Positions 9,533-20,249 of a stretch of DNA of 64,000 nt are shown one piece after another. Position numbers and translations under genes: made by a program. Below the pieces are notes generated by a model. That model was given only the letters and a program-made list of their open reading frames with translations, did not search any database and was not told the origin of the DNA. How positions within the stretch are numbered: the stretch's first letter is position 1; each line of letters opens with the position of its first letter. The stretch is taken from the NCBI GenBank assembly GCA_048213135.1, contig PS015010.1:806001-870000 (forward strand). The letters are read 5' to 3'. This DNA is from Reclinomonas americana ATCC 50394. Its lineage: Eukaryota.

Positions 9533-9916
9533 ATGCGTACGATCAAAAAAACAGGCTTCTTCTTATTGGTACTTTTCTCCCTGAGTTGTATGGGAGAAGC
9601 ACAGAACAGGAAGAGCGGGCCCGAAGTGAACATCACCCAATTCAACGTGTATGAAAAGCATAACGAAATTGTTATTGAATGGGCTACAGACGCTGCTGTT
9701 GCCACCAATTACTGGGAAGTACAGCGGAGCGCAGACGGAAAGGAGTTCAGCACCATCGCCCTTGTGCTGGGTCCCGATCCCGGCAAACCCGGCGACACCT
9801 ACCGTTATAAGGAACAGGTAGGGAAGGGGCGCCACCCCGGGAACTATTACCGGCTCTGCCATGTGGCAACCGATGGTACCCGTCAGATCAGTGAAATTAA
9901 TCAACCGGCAAAATAA
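9533..9916 (+). CDS. Small exported protein consisting of a stand-alone Ig/FN3-like module
   Basis: Signal peptide; IEWAT..WEVQRS..FSTIALVL..YYRL resembles the pre-CTD module of 8124..9389. Confidence 0.75.
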   Translation: MRTIKKTGFFLLVLFSLSCMGEAQNRKSGPEVNITQFNVYEKHNEIVIEWATDAAVATNYWEVQRSADGKEFSTIALVLGPDPGKPGDTYRYKEQVGKGRHPGNYYRLCHVATDGTRQISEINQPAK

Positions 9917-10027
9917 TAATATGACCCTGAACAGCGTTTATACCTGGAACCCTCAACAGGACAATACGCTTAAGCTTGGTTTTTAAGATGTTTTCTTTGG
10001 GGGTTACAGAATCGGAAGATTCTTAAC

Positions 10028-10055
10028 AAAGGCCGCATTTCTATGTGGCTTTTTT
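10028..10055 (+). terminator. Rho-independent terminator
   Basis: aaaggccgcat...atgtggctttt hairpin followed by a T run. Confidence 0.6.
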
Positions 10056-10517
10056 GTTTTATACAGGTCCCTCACAATGGCTATGTGCGGAACAATATCC
10101 CGGCTTCTCCGGCAATGGGTTTGAATTAATAAAGGCTTCATTTGAAAATAACACCACCGTAATATACCCGGCAGATATTTGCGGGTAAGATTGAGTGTAT
10201 CCGTCCCTCCTGTGAGAACAAATCCCGCAGTCTGACCCGGTCATTTCCCCGGCAGGGGAAGAGATTTGCAAAACCGGGTTAAACGCCTGTTGCCACCACT
10301 TTATTTTGTGGAAATACAACATATTTTAACAGGTGTATAACAGGCCCTCCTGGGCAATATATGTTTAAATTGCTGATTACCACATCCTTAAATGGAAAAC
10401 GAGGCTATTGTGGGTAACTCGACTTTTTTTCCCCACAGGCTGCATTTTGCTTTTCCTGGGCGTCCTTTTCTCGGTTTTCTTTTTTATATTGCATAACTCA
10501 ATCTTATACCAGGCAAC

Positions 10518-13500
10518 ATGAGAAAATATCTACTGCTCGTAATTATCACAATTACCTCGCTCTCATTATTTTCACAGGACTTCAGTAATAAAGGAAAAGA
10601 CTTCTGGGTAGGTTACGGATACCATGCAGTGATGACCAGTGGCAACCAGCAGGAAATGGTACTGTATTTCGCTACTGACCAGGTCACCAATATTACCATT
10701 ACCATCCCGGGAACGGGTTATACCCAAAACATTACAACGGGAGCGGCCCCCACGGTTACCACTTCGTCGCCCATCCCTAAAAACGGGCTTGGAGATGCCA
10801 GGTTAACAACAGAGGGAGCCAGCAGCAAGGGTATCCATATAGTAAGTGATAAACCGATGGTGGCCTATGCGCATATTTATAACTCCAGCGTATCGGGTGC
10901 TACCATATTATTCCCTACGCCTACCCTGGGTAAAGAATACTATTCCGTTAACTATACCAATATTTCCAATAGTGCCAATGCCAACTGCTGGATGTATGTG
11001 GTAGCCGCCGACCCCGGTACCACTACGCTTGAAATCACACCAAGTGCCAATACGGTTGGAGGCTGGAGTGCCGGTACTACTTATACCGTTACCCTTACCC
11101 AGGGACAGATATATAATGTAATGGCCACTTTCGATAATACGGCACTGAAGGGTGGCGACCTCAGCGGTACACTGGTAAAAAGTATTTCATCCGGTACGGG
11201 AGGTTGTAAAAGGATAGGGGTCTTCTCCGGCAGCGGAAGGATCAGCATTACCTGTAACGGCGCCAGTTCTTCTTCGGATAATTATATGGTACAGTCCTTC
11301 CCCAAATCTGCATGGGGGAAAAAGTACCTGACAGCCCCTACTGCTGGAAACATGTCCAATAATATTTACAGGGTATGTGTACAGGACCCTACCACCGTGG
11401 TAAAGATCAACGGTCTTACTACCCTGTTGCCATTGGTTAATAACTTTTATTATGAACTCCCGGTTACCAACGCACCACAGATGATTGAGGCTGATAAGCC
11501 CATTATTGTAGCGCAGTATGTTACATCGCAGGGAGCCTGCTCCAACGGAAGCCCCGGTGATCCGGAAATGATCTACCTCAGCCCCGTGGAACAGAATATT
11601 GATAAAGTGATCTGGAACGCCACGCCGAACTTTGCTATTACACAGCAATTCTTCAATGTGGTTATACCCAATAAAGGAACGGGTATCAGTTCGTTCAAAC
11701 TGATCGACCAGTTCAATAACGTACTCCCCACCAACCCGTTTGTGGTACACCCGCAGGATGCCAATTATTCTTACCTGCGCCAGCCCCTGCCGGGCAGCGG
11801 TGTTTACCGTATCCAGTCCGACTCTGGTTTTAACGCCATCGCTTATGGTTTCGGCAGCGCGGAATCTTACGGATATAATGCCGGTACCAATATCAAGGAT
11901 CTTTATCAGCAAACCGGTGTATCAACCCAGTATGGTATTGAGCCGGGCAATGTTACCTGTAGCGGTACACAGTTCAGGTTCAAAATGTCGCTGCCTTATG
12001 CCGCCGATTCCATCGACTGGTACCTGGGTGTGCTGCCGGCCTCTACAACGCCATCCGTACCGGCACCCGGTGGTTACGTAAGAACTTTCCCGCCGCCGGA
12101 TTCGATCAAAGTGATCAATGGAAAAAGTATTTACTGGTATTCTATACCGGTTGATTATAATGTAAGTGTTCCGGGAACCTATACTATTCCGATTGTGGCC
12201 TACAACTCTTCCAACCCCAATGGTTGCGGTGTGGAACAGGAATTGGAATTTGTACTGGAAGTAGCGGCGCCACCAACAGCAGCTTTTAATATCACCACGA
12301 TAGGGGGCTGTTATGCGGAACCTTTCAAGTTTGTAGATAATACTACAGGCAGTACGCATCCGACGTATACCTGGTGGTGGGATTTTGGAGATCCTGCCAG
12401 CGGTGGACAGAATAATTCAACAGCCGTAAGTCCCAGCCATACCTTTACAGCTCCCGGCACCTACACGATCAGGTTCTCTTCAATCACCACGCCGGGTTGT
12501 ATTGCTGATACAATCGATTATGTGATCACCGTTCCGGAACTGCCGGAAGCCACTATCGCTGGTAATGCTACGGTATGTATCAATTCTGCGCCGGTGCCCA
12601 TTACCTTTACCGGTTCAAAAGGAACACCGGAGTATGATTTTACTTATACTGTTGATGACGGAACCGGCCCAGGTCCAGCGCAGGTGGTAAGCAGTACAGC
12701 AAATACGAGGATTGTTTACCATAACCCAACAGTTGCTGGTACATTTACTTATACACTTACCAGTGTAAAAAATAAAGGATCCGCCGTTTGCCTTACCAAT
12801 TATCCAGTTGCGGTAGGTACACAGGTGACTATTGTAGTACAACCTGATGCCACCACCACCTTAACTTCAGCACCCGCTACTGCCAACCAAACGGTTTGTA
12901 TCAATACCGCGATCACCAACATCACCTATGCGATAGGAGGCAGTGGAACCGGTGCAACTGTTACCGGTTTACCAACAGGTGTTACCGGAGTCTATGCGGG
13001 TGGAGTGGTAACCATCAGTGGTACACCAACCACAACAACTCCTGGTCCTTATATTTATACAGTTACTCCTATAGGTCCTTGTCAGAAACCTGCCCTTACC
13101 GGCCAGATACTGGTTCAGCAGGATGCGACAATTACTTTAACATCGGCTGCCCCTACAACCAGCCAGACGATCTGTATCAATACGCCACTCACGACCATCA
13201 GCTATTCCGTAGCAGGTGGCGGAACCGGAGGCAGCGTGAGCGGTTTACCGGCAGGTGTAAACGGTACTTATGCAGGAGGAGTGATCACCATCACCGGTAC
13301 ACCTACTGTTGCGGGTCACTTTATTTACACCGTTAATGGTACAGGTCCTTGTTTACCTGCTTCACTTGGTGGTACCATCGATGTTACAGCTGACGCGACC
13401 ACCACCTTAACTTCAGCGCCCGCTACTGCCAACCAAACGGTTTGTATCAATACCCCGATTACCAACATTACTTATGCCATCGGTGGTAGTGGAACCGGAG

Positions 13501-16500
13501 CAACCGTTACAGGTCTGCCTGCAGGTGTTAACGGTGTCTACGCAGGAGGTGTGGTAACCATCAGCGGTACACCAACTACAACAACGCCTGGTCCATATAT
13601 TTATACGGTTACCCCTATAGGTCCTTGTCAGAAGCCTGCACTTACCGGCCAGATACTGGTTCAGCAGGACGCGACAGTTACTTTAACATCGGCAGCTCCT
13701 ACAGCCAGCCAGACGATCTGTATCAACACACCACTGACCACCATCAGCTATTCCGTAGCAGGTGGCGGAACCGGAGGCAGCGTGAGCGGTTTACCGGCAG
13801 GTGTAAACGGTACTTATGCAGGAGGAGTGATCACCATCACCGGTACACCTACTGTTGCGGGTCACTTTATTTATACGGTTAATGCAACAGGTCCTTGTTT
13901 GCCTGCCTCAATTGGCGGTACAATAGATGTTACAGCTGATGCAACGAACACGTTAACTTCAGCGCCTGCTACTGCCAACCAGACACTTTGTATCAATACC
14001 GCGATTACCAACATTACTTATGCCATCGGCGGTAGTGGAACCGGAGCAACCGTTACAGGTCTGCCTGCAGGTGTTAACGGTGTTTATGCGGGTGGCGTAG
14101 TAACCATCAGTGGTACGCCAACAGTGCCGGGTACATTTAACTATACAGTTACCCCGGTTGGTCCTTGTTTCAAACCGGCATTAACCGGGCAGATATTGGT
14201 AAACCAGGATGGTATCATCACACAAACCTCCGCACCGGCAACAGCCAACCAGGAGATTTGTAAGAATACCGCGTTTGTTCCGATCACCTTTACCATTACA
14301 GGTGGCGGTACGGGCGCCAGTGTAAGCCCGGCTCTGCCTGCTGGCGTAACAGGTACTTATGCAGGAGGGGTGTTTACCATTAGCGGTACACCGACTGTTG
14401 CTGTGACGACACCGACCATCTATACCATCACTACTACCGGCGGTTTCTGCGTGCAGAATTCAAGGACAGTGACCCTGACAGTAAACGAGCTGCCAACACC
14501 AGACTTTACTTTCAGCTCACCGCTCTGCCAGACCAGGACCGTTACCTTTACAGATGCGTCGATAGCTAACTCCGGCGTTCTGGACCAGTTCAACTGGACC
14601 TTTGGTGACGCTACTTCCGGAACCGGTACGCCTGTGAGCCATGCCTATGCTACATCAGGTGTTAAGAACGTTACCCTGCAGGTACATACAACCAAAGGCT
14701 GTTTCAATACGATCAGTCATGCGGTTACTATAAACGAAAATCCCAAAGCCGACTTCACCGTTCCTGAAGCCTGTATTTCCGATAACGTGAACTTCCCGGA
14801 TATCAGCACAGCCCCGGCAGGTAACCCCCTTACCCAATGGGAATGGAACTTTGATGATCCCGGCTCCGGTGGTTCCAATACGCAGGTGTACAATACACCC
14901 GGACCAGGTACCCATATCTTCAGCACAACAGGTATACACAATGTGCGGCTGATTGTAACCTCATCTACAGGATGTAAGGATACCATCTTCCATAATATAG
15001 ATATCAACGGTGTACCTACATCCAGCTATACACTTTCCAACACCACCAACCAGTGTTCCAGCGATACGGTGTACCTGACGAATACATCTACCGTTTCTTA
15101 CGGTACCATTCTCAGGCAGGAGATCTACTGGGATAATATCGGTGCACCGGGTACTTTCATTGCAGAGCCTAGTCCGGCTGTGGGTAATATCTACAAACAC
15201 AAATACCCCACGTTGCAGACGACGCAAACCTACGAGATCAAAGTACGCAGCTACTCCGGTACCACCTGCTTTGATGACGAGATCAGGACCCTCACTGTAT
15301 ACGCCACACCTAAGGTACAGTTCAACAATATGCCGGATGTTTGCTACGATGCGGCTCCGTTCCAGATCACGCAGGCATCTGAAATCGGCGGTGTGCCCGG
15401 TACAGCCAGCTATACCGGCCCGGGTGTAAGTCCAACCGGTATTTTCACACCTTCAGTTGCAGGTATCGGTATCCATACCATTAAATACACCTTTACGGCT
15501 ACCGCAGGTGGTTGTATCGATACGCTCAGCAAAACCATCAGGGTAAGGGATACGGCTACGGCTAACTTTGCACCGGCCGCTATCCGTTGCGAAAAATCAG
15601 CGATACAGTTCACTGATAACTCAGGCATACCGGCAGGAGAGGGCACCATCACAGGATGGAGCTGGAATTTCGGCGATCCTGCCAGCGGTGCCAACAACAC
15701 GTCAAATGCACAGAACCCAATACATACCTATGCTGCTTACGGTTCTTATACGGTTACACTCACTGTTCAGACCAGCAATGGCTGCTTCAGCACACAACGT
15801 GTAAACCAGGTGAACGTGGATCCGCTGCCGGCCCCGGGCTTTGCCTTCGATAAACCCAGCTATTGTATCCCGAACGCGATCGTTACTTTCAGCAACAGTT
15901 CTACTATACCGAGCAGTTCCGCATTGAGCTACACCTGGGATTTCGGCGACCTGACCACAGGTTCCGGCCCAACGCCATCGCATCAGTACACCGCGATAGG
16001 ACCATTCAATGTAACACTGACTGCTACCAGCGCGGAAAACTGTTCGAATACGATCACCATACCACTTACCACCATTCACCCGCAACCTAAAGCTGACTTT
16101 GCTACCAGCAAACCAGCCGTTTGTATCGGCGACGCGGTTACCTTCACTGACCTGTCAGATGGCAAAGATGGAGTGATCAACCAGTGGAACTGGAATTTCG
16201 GCGACGCTCAAACAGCCATTACCAACCCGGTAACCCACCTGTATGCCACTGCTCAGGATTACAATGTAAGCCTGTACACCGTGAACAGCCAGGGTTGTAA
16301 CAGTGATACCATTACCAGAGTATTCACCGTGGATCCGTTCCCGGTTGTGAATGCTGGTCCCGACAGGTTCATGCTCGAAGGCGGCCAGATCACACTGGAA
16401 CCGCAGGTAACCGGCGCACACCTGGAATTCCTGTGGACACCGAACGTGAGCATGTCGAACAACAGGGTGATGAACCCCGTGATCAGGAACCTGACCGGCG

Positions 16501-16841
16501 ATATCACTTACAGGCTCACGGTAACGGCTAAAGGCGGTTGCGTAGCCAGCGACGAGGTATTCGTGAAACTGCTGCGTGCACCCAAAATACCAAACACCTT
16601 TACGCCGAATAATGACGGTATCAATGATACCTGGAGGATCGATTACCTGAATACCTATCCCAACAACAGGGTACAGATATTCACCCGTACCGGTCAGAAA
16701 GTGTTTGAATCAAGAGGGTATACCAAGCCATGGGATGGTACGCTTAACGGCAAGCCATTGCCTATCGATACCTATTACTATATCATTGAACCCAATAACG
16801 GCCGCGACCCGATCACCGGTTACGTGACCATATTGAAATAA
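10518..16841 (+). CDS. Large T9SS type-B CTD surface protein: IgGFc-binding-like N-terminus, PKD domains, internal Gly/Thr-rich repeats
   Basis: Signal peptide; SNKGKDFWV N-terminus; repeated WDFGD/WNFGD PKD motifs; IPNTFTPNNDGINDTW...WDGT...YYYII type-B CTD; followed by a PorP/SprF gene. Confidence 0.92.
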   Translation: MRKYLLLVIITITSLSLFSQDFSNKGKDFWVGYGYHAVMTSGNQQEMVLYFATDQVTNITITIPGTGYTQNITTGAAPTVTTSSPIPKNGLGDARLTTEGASSKGIHIVSDKPMVAYAHIYNSSVSGATILFPTPTLGKEYYSVNYTNISNSANANCWMYVVAADPGTTTLEITPSANTVGGWSAGTTYTVTLTQGQIYNVMATFDNTALKGGDLSGTLVKSISSGTGGCKRIGVFSGSGRISITCNGASSSSDNYMVQSFPKSAWGKKYLTAPTAGNMSNNIYRVCVQDPTTVVKINGLTTLLPLVNNFYYELPVTNAPQMIEADKPIIVAQYVTSQGACSNGSPGDPEMIYLSPVEQNIDKVIWNATPNFAITQQFFNVVIPNKGTGISSFKLIDQFNNVLPTNPFVVHPQDANYSYLRQPLPGSGVYRIQSDSGFNAIAYGFGSAESYGYNAGTNIKDLYQQTGVSTQYGIEPGNVTCSGTQFRFKMSLPYAADSIDWYLGVLPASTTPSVPAPGGYVRTFPPPDSIKVINGKSIYWYSIPVDYNVSVPGTYTIPIVAYNSSNPNGCGVEQELEFVLEVAAPPTAAFNITTIGGCYAEPFKFVDNTTGSTHPTYTWWWDFGDPASGGQNNSTAVSPSHTFTAPGTYTIRFSSITTPGCIADTIDYVITVPELPEATIAGNATVCINSAPVPITFTGSKGTPEYDFTYTVDDGTGPGPAQVVSSTANTRIVYHNPTVAGTFTYTLTSVKNKGSAVCLTNYPVAVGTQVTIVVQPDATTTLTSAPATANQTVCINTAITNITYAIGGSGTGATVTGLPTGVTGVYAGGVVTISGTPTTTTPGPYIYTVTPIGPCQKPALTGQILVQQDATITLTSAAPTTSQTICINTPLTTISYSVAGGGTGGSVSGLPAGVNGTYAGGVITITGTPTVAGHFIYTVNGTGPCLPASLGGTIDVTADATTTLTSAPATANQTVCINTPITNITYAIGGSGTGATVTGLPAGVNGVYAGGVVTISGTPTTTTPGPYIYTVTPIGPCQKPALTGQILVQQDATVTLTSAAPTASQTICINTPLTTISYSVAGGGTGGSVSGLPAGVNGTYAGGVITITGTPTVAGHFIYTVNATGPCLPASIGGTIDVTADATNTLTSAPATANQTLCINTAITNITYAIGGSGTGATVTGLPAGVNGVYAGGVVTISGTPTVPGTFNYTVTPVGPCFKPALTGQILVNQDGIITQTSAPATANQEICKNTAFVPITFTITGGGTGASVSPALPAGVTGTYAGGVFTISGTPTVAVTTPTIYTITTTGGFCVQNSRTVTLTVNELPTPDFTFSSPLCQTRTVTFTDASIANSGVLDQFNWTFGDATSGTGTPVSHAYATSGVKNVTLQVHTTKGCFNTISHAVTINENPKADFTVPEACISDNVNFPDISTAPAGNPLTQWEWNFDDPGSGGSNTQVYNTPGPGTHIFSTTGIHNVRLIVTSSTGCKDTIFHNIDINGVPTSSYTLSNTTNQCSSDTVYLTNTSTVSYGTILRQEIYWDNIGAPGTFIAEPSPAVGNIYKHKYPTLQTTQTYEIKVRSYSGTTCFDDEIRTLTVYATPKVQFNNMPDVCYDAAPFQITQASEIGGVPGTASYTGPGVSPTGIFTPSVAGIGIHTIKYTFTATAGGCIDTLSKTIRVRDTATANFAPAAIRCEKSAIQFTDNSGIPAGEGTITGWSWNFGDPASGANNTSNAQNPIHTYAAYGSYTVTLTVQTSNGCFSTQRVNQVNVDPLPAPGFAFDKPSYCIPNAIVTFSNSSTIPSSSALSYTWDFGDLTTGSGPTPSHQYTAIGPFNVTLTATSAENCSNTITIPLTTIHPQPKADFATSKPAVCIGDAVTFTDLSDGKDGVINQWNWNFGDAQTAITNPVTHLYATAQDYNVSLYTVNSQGCNSDTITRVFTVDPFPVVNAGPDRFMLEGGQITLEPQVTGAHLEFLWTPNVSMSNNRVMNPVIRNLTGDITYRLTVTAKGGCVASDEVFVKLLRAPKIPNTFTPNNDGINDTWRIDYLNTYPNNRVQIFTRTGQKVFESRGYTKPWDGTLNGKPLPIDTYYYIIEPNNGRDPITGYVTILK
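12845..14490 (+). repeat. Intragenic tandem repeat with a 546-bp (182-aa) period, about three units, each of two ~91-aa subunits
   Basis: ttaacttcagc at 12861, 13407 and 13953; 13194-13327 is identical to 13740-13873. Confidence 0.9.
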
Positions 16842-16971
16842 TAAAATAATGACCAGCCACAGCGGTGAATGCCGCTATGGTTTTACAGCATTACCTTGCT
16901 GCCGGGACCCTGACAACCGGCAGCATTTTTAACTGAAAATGAAGTCCCTGAACGTGATAAAAGCTGAAAGC

Positions 16972-18003
16972 ATGAAGAAAATCTCTTTACTGGTGTTGGG
17001 AACCTGCTGTTCCCTCCTGGCATTCTCACAAGCCAAGCCTTTTTACACCCAGTATATTCTTAACAACTATATCCTTAACCCGGGTATTACAGGTATCGAG
17101 AATTATACGGATATCAAGCTCAGTTACCGCAACCAGTGGGCGGGTATCAACGGAGCTCCGGTAACTTCTTATCTTACCCTGCATACACCCATTGGTAAAA
17201 AAGACCTGCGTACCAACGCTACCTCTTTCCAGGTGCCGGGGGAGAACCCTGCGGGCAAAATGGCCTGGGACGAATACGCGGTATCACCTGCTCACCATGG
17301 CCTGGGTCTGACCGCCATTAATGATAAGGCCGGCTATATCAACCGCTGGTCAGTGGCCGCCACCTATGCTTACCACAAACCCCTGGGCGTACGTACGAGC
17401 CTGGCAGCAGGCCTCAGCGCAGGTGTAAGCAGTGTAAGCCTTGATCGCAGCAAGATCGATTTTGGTAACCTCGATCCCAATGATCCTGCCATCGGCTACA
17501 ATAATGGCGAACTGAAAAAAGTAAAACCTGAACTGGGTGTAGGGCTCTGGTTGTATTCCGCCCGTTATTTCCTGGGTGTGTCCGCACTCAATATCATACC
17601 CGGCAAAGCCAAATTTGTTAAAAATGACCAGTTCGGGACTTATTTCACCCCGAACTATTTCATAACCGGCGGTTACCGTTTTGCCATTACGGATGACATC
17701 TCGGCCCTGCCTTCTGTGATGGTGCAATACTGGAAACCTGAGTTAACGGCCATTCACGGGAATATTAAGCTGCAGTACCGCGACTTCCTCTGGATTGGCG
17801 CCAGTTATCGCCACGCCGACCTTGTAGGCGGTTACAGCGGTATGATTGGTATGCACATCGGCAATACCTTCAACATCAGCTATGCTTATGAAAATGCCAC
17901 TACATCACGCCTGCAGACCTACACCAAAGGAACGCATGAAGTGGTACTTGGGTTTATACTCGGCAACAAGTATGGCGATTCTTGTCCGAGGAATATCTGG
18001 TAA
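16972..18003 (+). CDS. PorP/SprF family T9SS outer-membrane protein (alternative start 16939)
   Basis: YTQYILNNYILNPGITG, YRNQWAGINGAPVT, GTHEVVLG; directly downstream of a type-B CTD gene. Confidence 0.92.
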   Translation: MKKISLLVLGTCCSLLAFSQAKPFYTQYILNNYILNPGITGIENYTDIKLSYRNQWAGINGAPVTSYLTLHTPIGKKDLRTNATSFQVPGENPAGKMAWDEYAVSPAHHGLGLTAINDKAGYINRWSVAATYAYHKPLGVRTSLAAGLSAGVSSVSLDRSKIDFGNLDPNDPAIGYNNGELKKVKPELGVGLWLYSARYFLGVSALNIIPGKAKFVKNDQFGTYFTPNYFITGGYRFAITDDISALPSVMVQYWKPELTAIHGNIKLQYRDFLWIGASYRHADLVGGYSGMIGMHIGNTFNISYAYENATTSRLQTYTKGTHEVVLGFILGNKYGDSCPRNIW

Positions 18004-18005
18004 TA

Positions 18006-18106
18006 ATGTGTGGATGTGCGAATACGGGAATATGAAAATGTGATGATTTGAAAATTTGAAGATGTGAGGATGTATGAATGCGGAGATATGCAAATGTGCG
18101 GATGAC
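18006..18106. repeat. Degenerate 8-nt tandem array (ATGTGCGA/ATTTGAAA family), ~12 units
   Basis: atgtgcga atacggga atatgaaa atgtgatg atttgaaa atttgaag atgtgagg atgtatga atgcggag atatgcaa atgtgcgg. Confidence 0.85.
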
Positions 18107-18136
18107 GGATATTTTAAGTCAAAAAGTAATTAAGAT

Positions 18137-18163
18137 AAAGACTGCATTTATGTGGTCTTTTTT
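18137..18163 (+). terminator. Rho-independent terminator
   Basis: aaagactgca-ttta-tgtggtcttt followed by a T run. Confidence 0.55.
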
Positions 18164-18324
18164 AATGCTGCTACTTGTCGATCATTTGTACTTGTATGTA
18201 AATGGGAAAGTTCACTTTGTAGAAAATGTTGCTTTGTTAAAATACATCCTCAGACAAAATACACCGGCAGCAAATACAAATACAGCCATTAACCAACGGC
18301 ATTCGTAATTCGTAATTAAAAAAA

Positions 18325-19836
18325 CTACTGCTGATCAGAAGGATACACCGGAACATTCACACTATCCGGTTGAAGAGAAGTATCGGTAGCCCTTTCTTTA
18401 GCGGATACCATCCATTCGGGAACGATCTTCCATTCTCCGTTCTGGAAGGTAGCGCGGTAAACCTTTACAGACGCGGCTTTGGTGCCTGATTGTTCCTCAC
18501 GGATGATGATCTGGCGGCTGTTGTTATCGGTTTCCTGGAAAGCTACGGGTTGAATATATGAACTGGTAATACCTACCTGGCGGATCACGTTTTTGCTGAT
18601 CTCTTCCGCTTTTTCCTGTACTGATTTAAGGAAGGGTTCCATTTCTTTCAGCCTGGCTTCAATAACCGGCTGCTGCCTGGCTACTTCTTTGCTGATGGCT
18701 TCCAGGTTTTCATCGGTAATAATGGATTCAATGTTGTTTGTCCATTCAGCGCCGTCTGTTGTAAACGTGTATTCAGATCCGGCGGGTTTCGCATCAGTCG
18801 CTACCGCGGCTGTTTGCACCATTACGGATTTGGAATTGCCTGAGCGGAAAAGAATGCCGGCTGCCAGTACGCAGAAAAGCAGGAGGGAGGCTACCGGTGG
18901 TATGACGTGCCTGCGCTTGTCCTTTCCAAAACGCAGATCGCCGGTAAAGAACTGTATTCTCTGCAGCAATTGTTTTTTGCGTTCCACTGCTGCCAGGTGA
19001 AAGGCCGGTACCGCTTGTTTAAGACGTTCGGCTTCCAGTAACGTTTGCGCATACAGGAGGGCAGGGTATTCAAAAGCCATGACACTGATGTCGCAGTATT
19101 TTTCCCTTTCCAGCCTGATCTTTCCGGCCAGGGCGTGAACAAAAGGATTAAAGAAGAAGATATTCTCCATGATCACCAGGTACCAGTTGAGCAGGTAATC
19201 GTTGGATCGGATATGAGTGAGCTCGTGTACAATCAGCGTTTCGGCCTGTTCGGTACTGATGCGGTTCACCAGTGCTACCGGCAACAGGATAACTGGTTTA
19301 AAGAACCCGAACGTAACAGGTGTATGAATGGTTTCACTGAACCACAGCTGCACTTTCCTTTTAATGCCGAACAGGAGCGCCTTTTGAGTTGTAAATAATT
19401 TAAGGTCGATGCCGGGCTTCTGTAAGCCTTGCCTGTACTGCTTTTTAAATCGCATCCAGGTATACACAGACTGACCGGTGCGTTGTGCCAGGATAAGCAG
19501 GTAAGCGCCAAATAACCAGGGTGTAACCTGTTTTAAAGTATTCTCCGGCAACAGGCGTTCTGCCATACTGTTAAAAGCGATGGAAGCGGCAGTTTCGGAG
19601 GTATCGGCGAAATAGAACAGCCAGGTACCGGCAAACAGCACCAGTTGGGCGGTCACCAGCAGGAAAAGCAGGTTTCTTTTGGTCAGCGGCGATTGTTTTC
19701 CGGGCAGCAGGGAATTAAACCCCGTATAGAGCAGGAGTAAAGCGGCAGCCTGCCACAGACTGTGCAGCATTGCCATGCAAAAACTGTAGGAAACAGAAGC
19801 CATCGAAACCGGGTTGTTTTGGTGTTGTGTAACCAC
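18325..19836 (-). CDS. M56 family (BlaR1/MecR1-like) membrane metallopeptidase
   Basis: LHSLWQ, PVTFGFFKPVILLP, HELTH zinc motif, EREKYCD; downstream of a BlaI-family gene. Confidence 0.9.
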   Translation of the reverse strand: MVTQHQNNPVSMASVSYSFCMAMLHSLWQAAALLLLYTGFNSLLPGKQSPLTKRNLLFLLVTAQLVLFAGTWLFYFADTSETAASIAFNSMAERLLPENTLKQVTPWLFGAYLLILAQRTGQSVYTWMRFKKQYRQGLQKPGIDLKLFTTQKALLFGIKRKVQLWFSETIHTPVTFGFFKPVILLPVALVNRISTEQAETLIVHELTHIRSNDYLLNWYLVIMENIFFFNPFVHALAGKIRLEREKYCDISVMAFEYPALLYAQTLLEAERLKQAVPAFHLAAVERKKQLLQRIQFFTGDLRFGKDKRRHVIPPVASLLLFCVLAAGILFRSGNSKSVMVQTAAVATDAKPAGSEYTFTTDGAEWTNNIESIITDENLEAISKEVARQQPVIEARLKEMEPFLKSVQEKAEEISKNVIRQVGITSSYIQPVAFQETDNNSRQIIIREEQSGTKAASVKVYRATFQNGEWKIVPEWMVSAKERATDTSLQPDSVNVPVYPSDQQ

Positions 19837-19860
19837 TGCTTTTTAGGCAGTGGAGATAAA

Positions 19861-20244
19861 TTATTTCTCTTTTTTAAGCTGATCGATCAGTGCCTGGATC
19901 TTTTCCAGTTCCTCATCGCTGGCATTATGACCACCCAGGGCCTGCAGCACCAGGTTGGCCGATGAACCGGCAAAAAGCGTGTCGATCATCTTATTAACCA
20001 GCTGTTTTTGTGTTTTTTCACGACTTACGGCTGGTTGGTAAATATGGGTTTTACTGCTGTCGTCGCGGGTTACCAGTCCTTTTTCAAACATGATCTGCAT
20101 CAGTTTGAGGGTAGTGGTATAACCGCTTTCCTTGGTCTTGGACAACTCTTCATGCACCTGGCGTACGGTGGCAGATTGAGCGCCCCACAATACCTGCAGA
20201 ATCTCTAACTCACTTTCGGTAGGCTTGGTCTGCTTACTGTTCAT
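19861..20244 (-). CDS. BlaI/MecI/CopY family transcriptional repressor
   Basis: PTESELEILQVLW...GYTTTLKLMQIMFEKGLV; ATG at 20244. Confidence 0.93.
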   Translation of the reverse strand: MNSKQTKPTESELEILQVLWGAQSATVRQVHEELSKTKESGYTTTLKLMQIMFEKGLVTRDDSSKTHIYQPAVSREKTQKQLVNKMIDTLFAGSSANLVLQALGGHNASDEELEKIQALIDQLKKEK

Positions 20245-20249
20245 TGTAA

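Noticed and set aside
10300-10440. DnaA-box cluster / oriC (also 7170-7240)
   Set aside because: All boxes are mismatched versions of TTWTNCACA and no replication-initiation genes are nearby.
18078-18308. 76-aa ORF after porP (also 57044-57238)
   Set aside because: Derived partly from 8-nt tandem arrays; the first crosses a terminator and the second overlaps the SDR 3' end.
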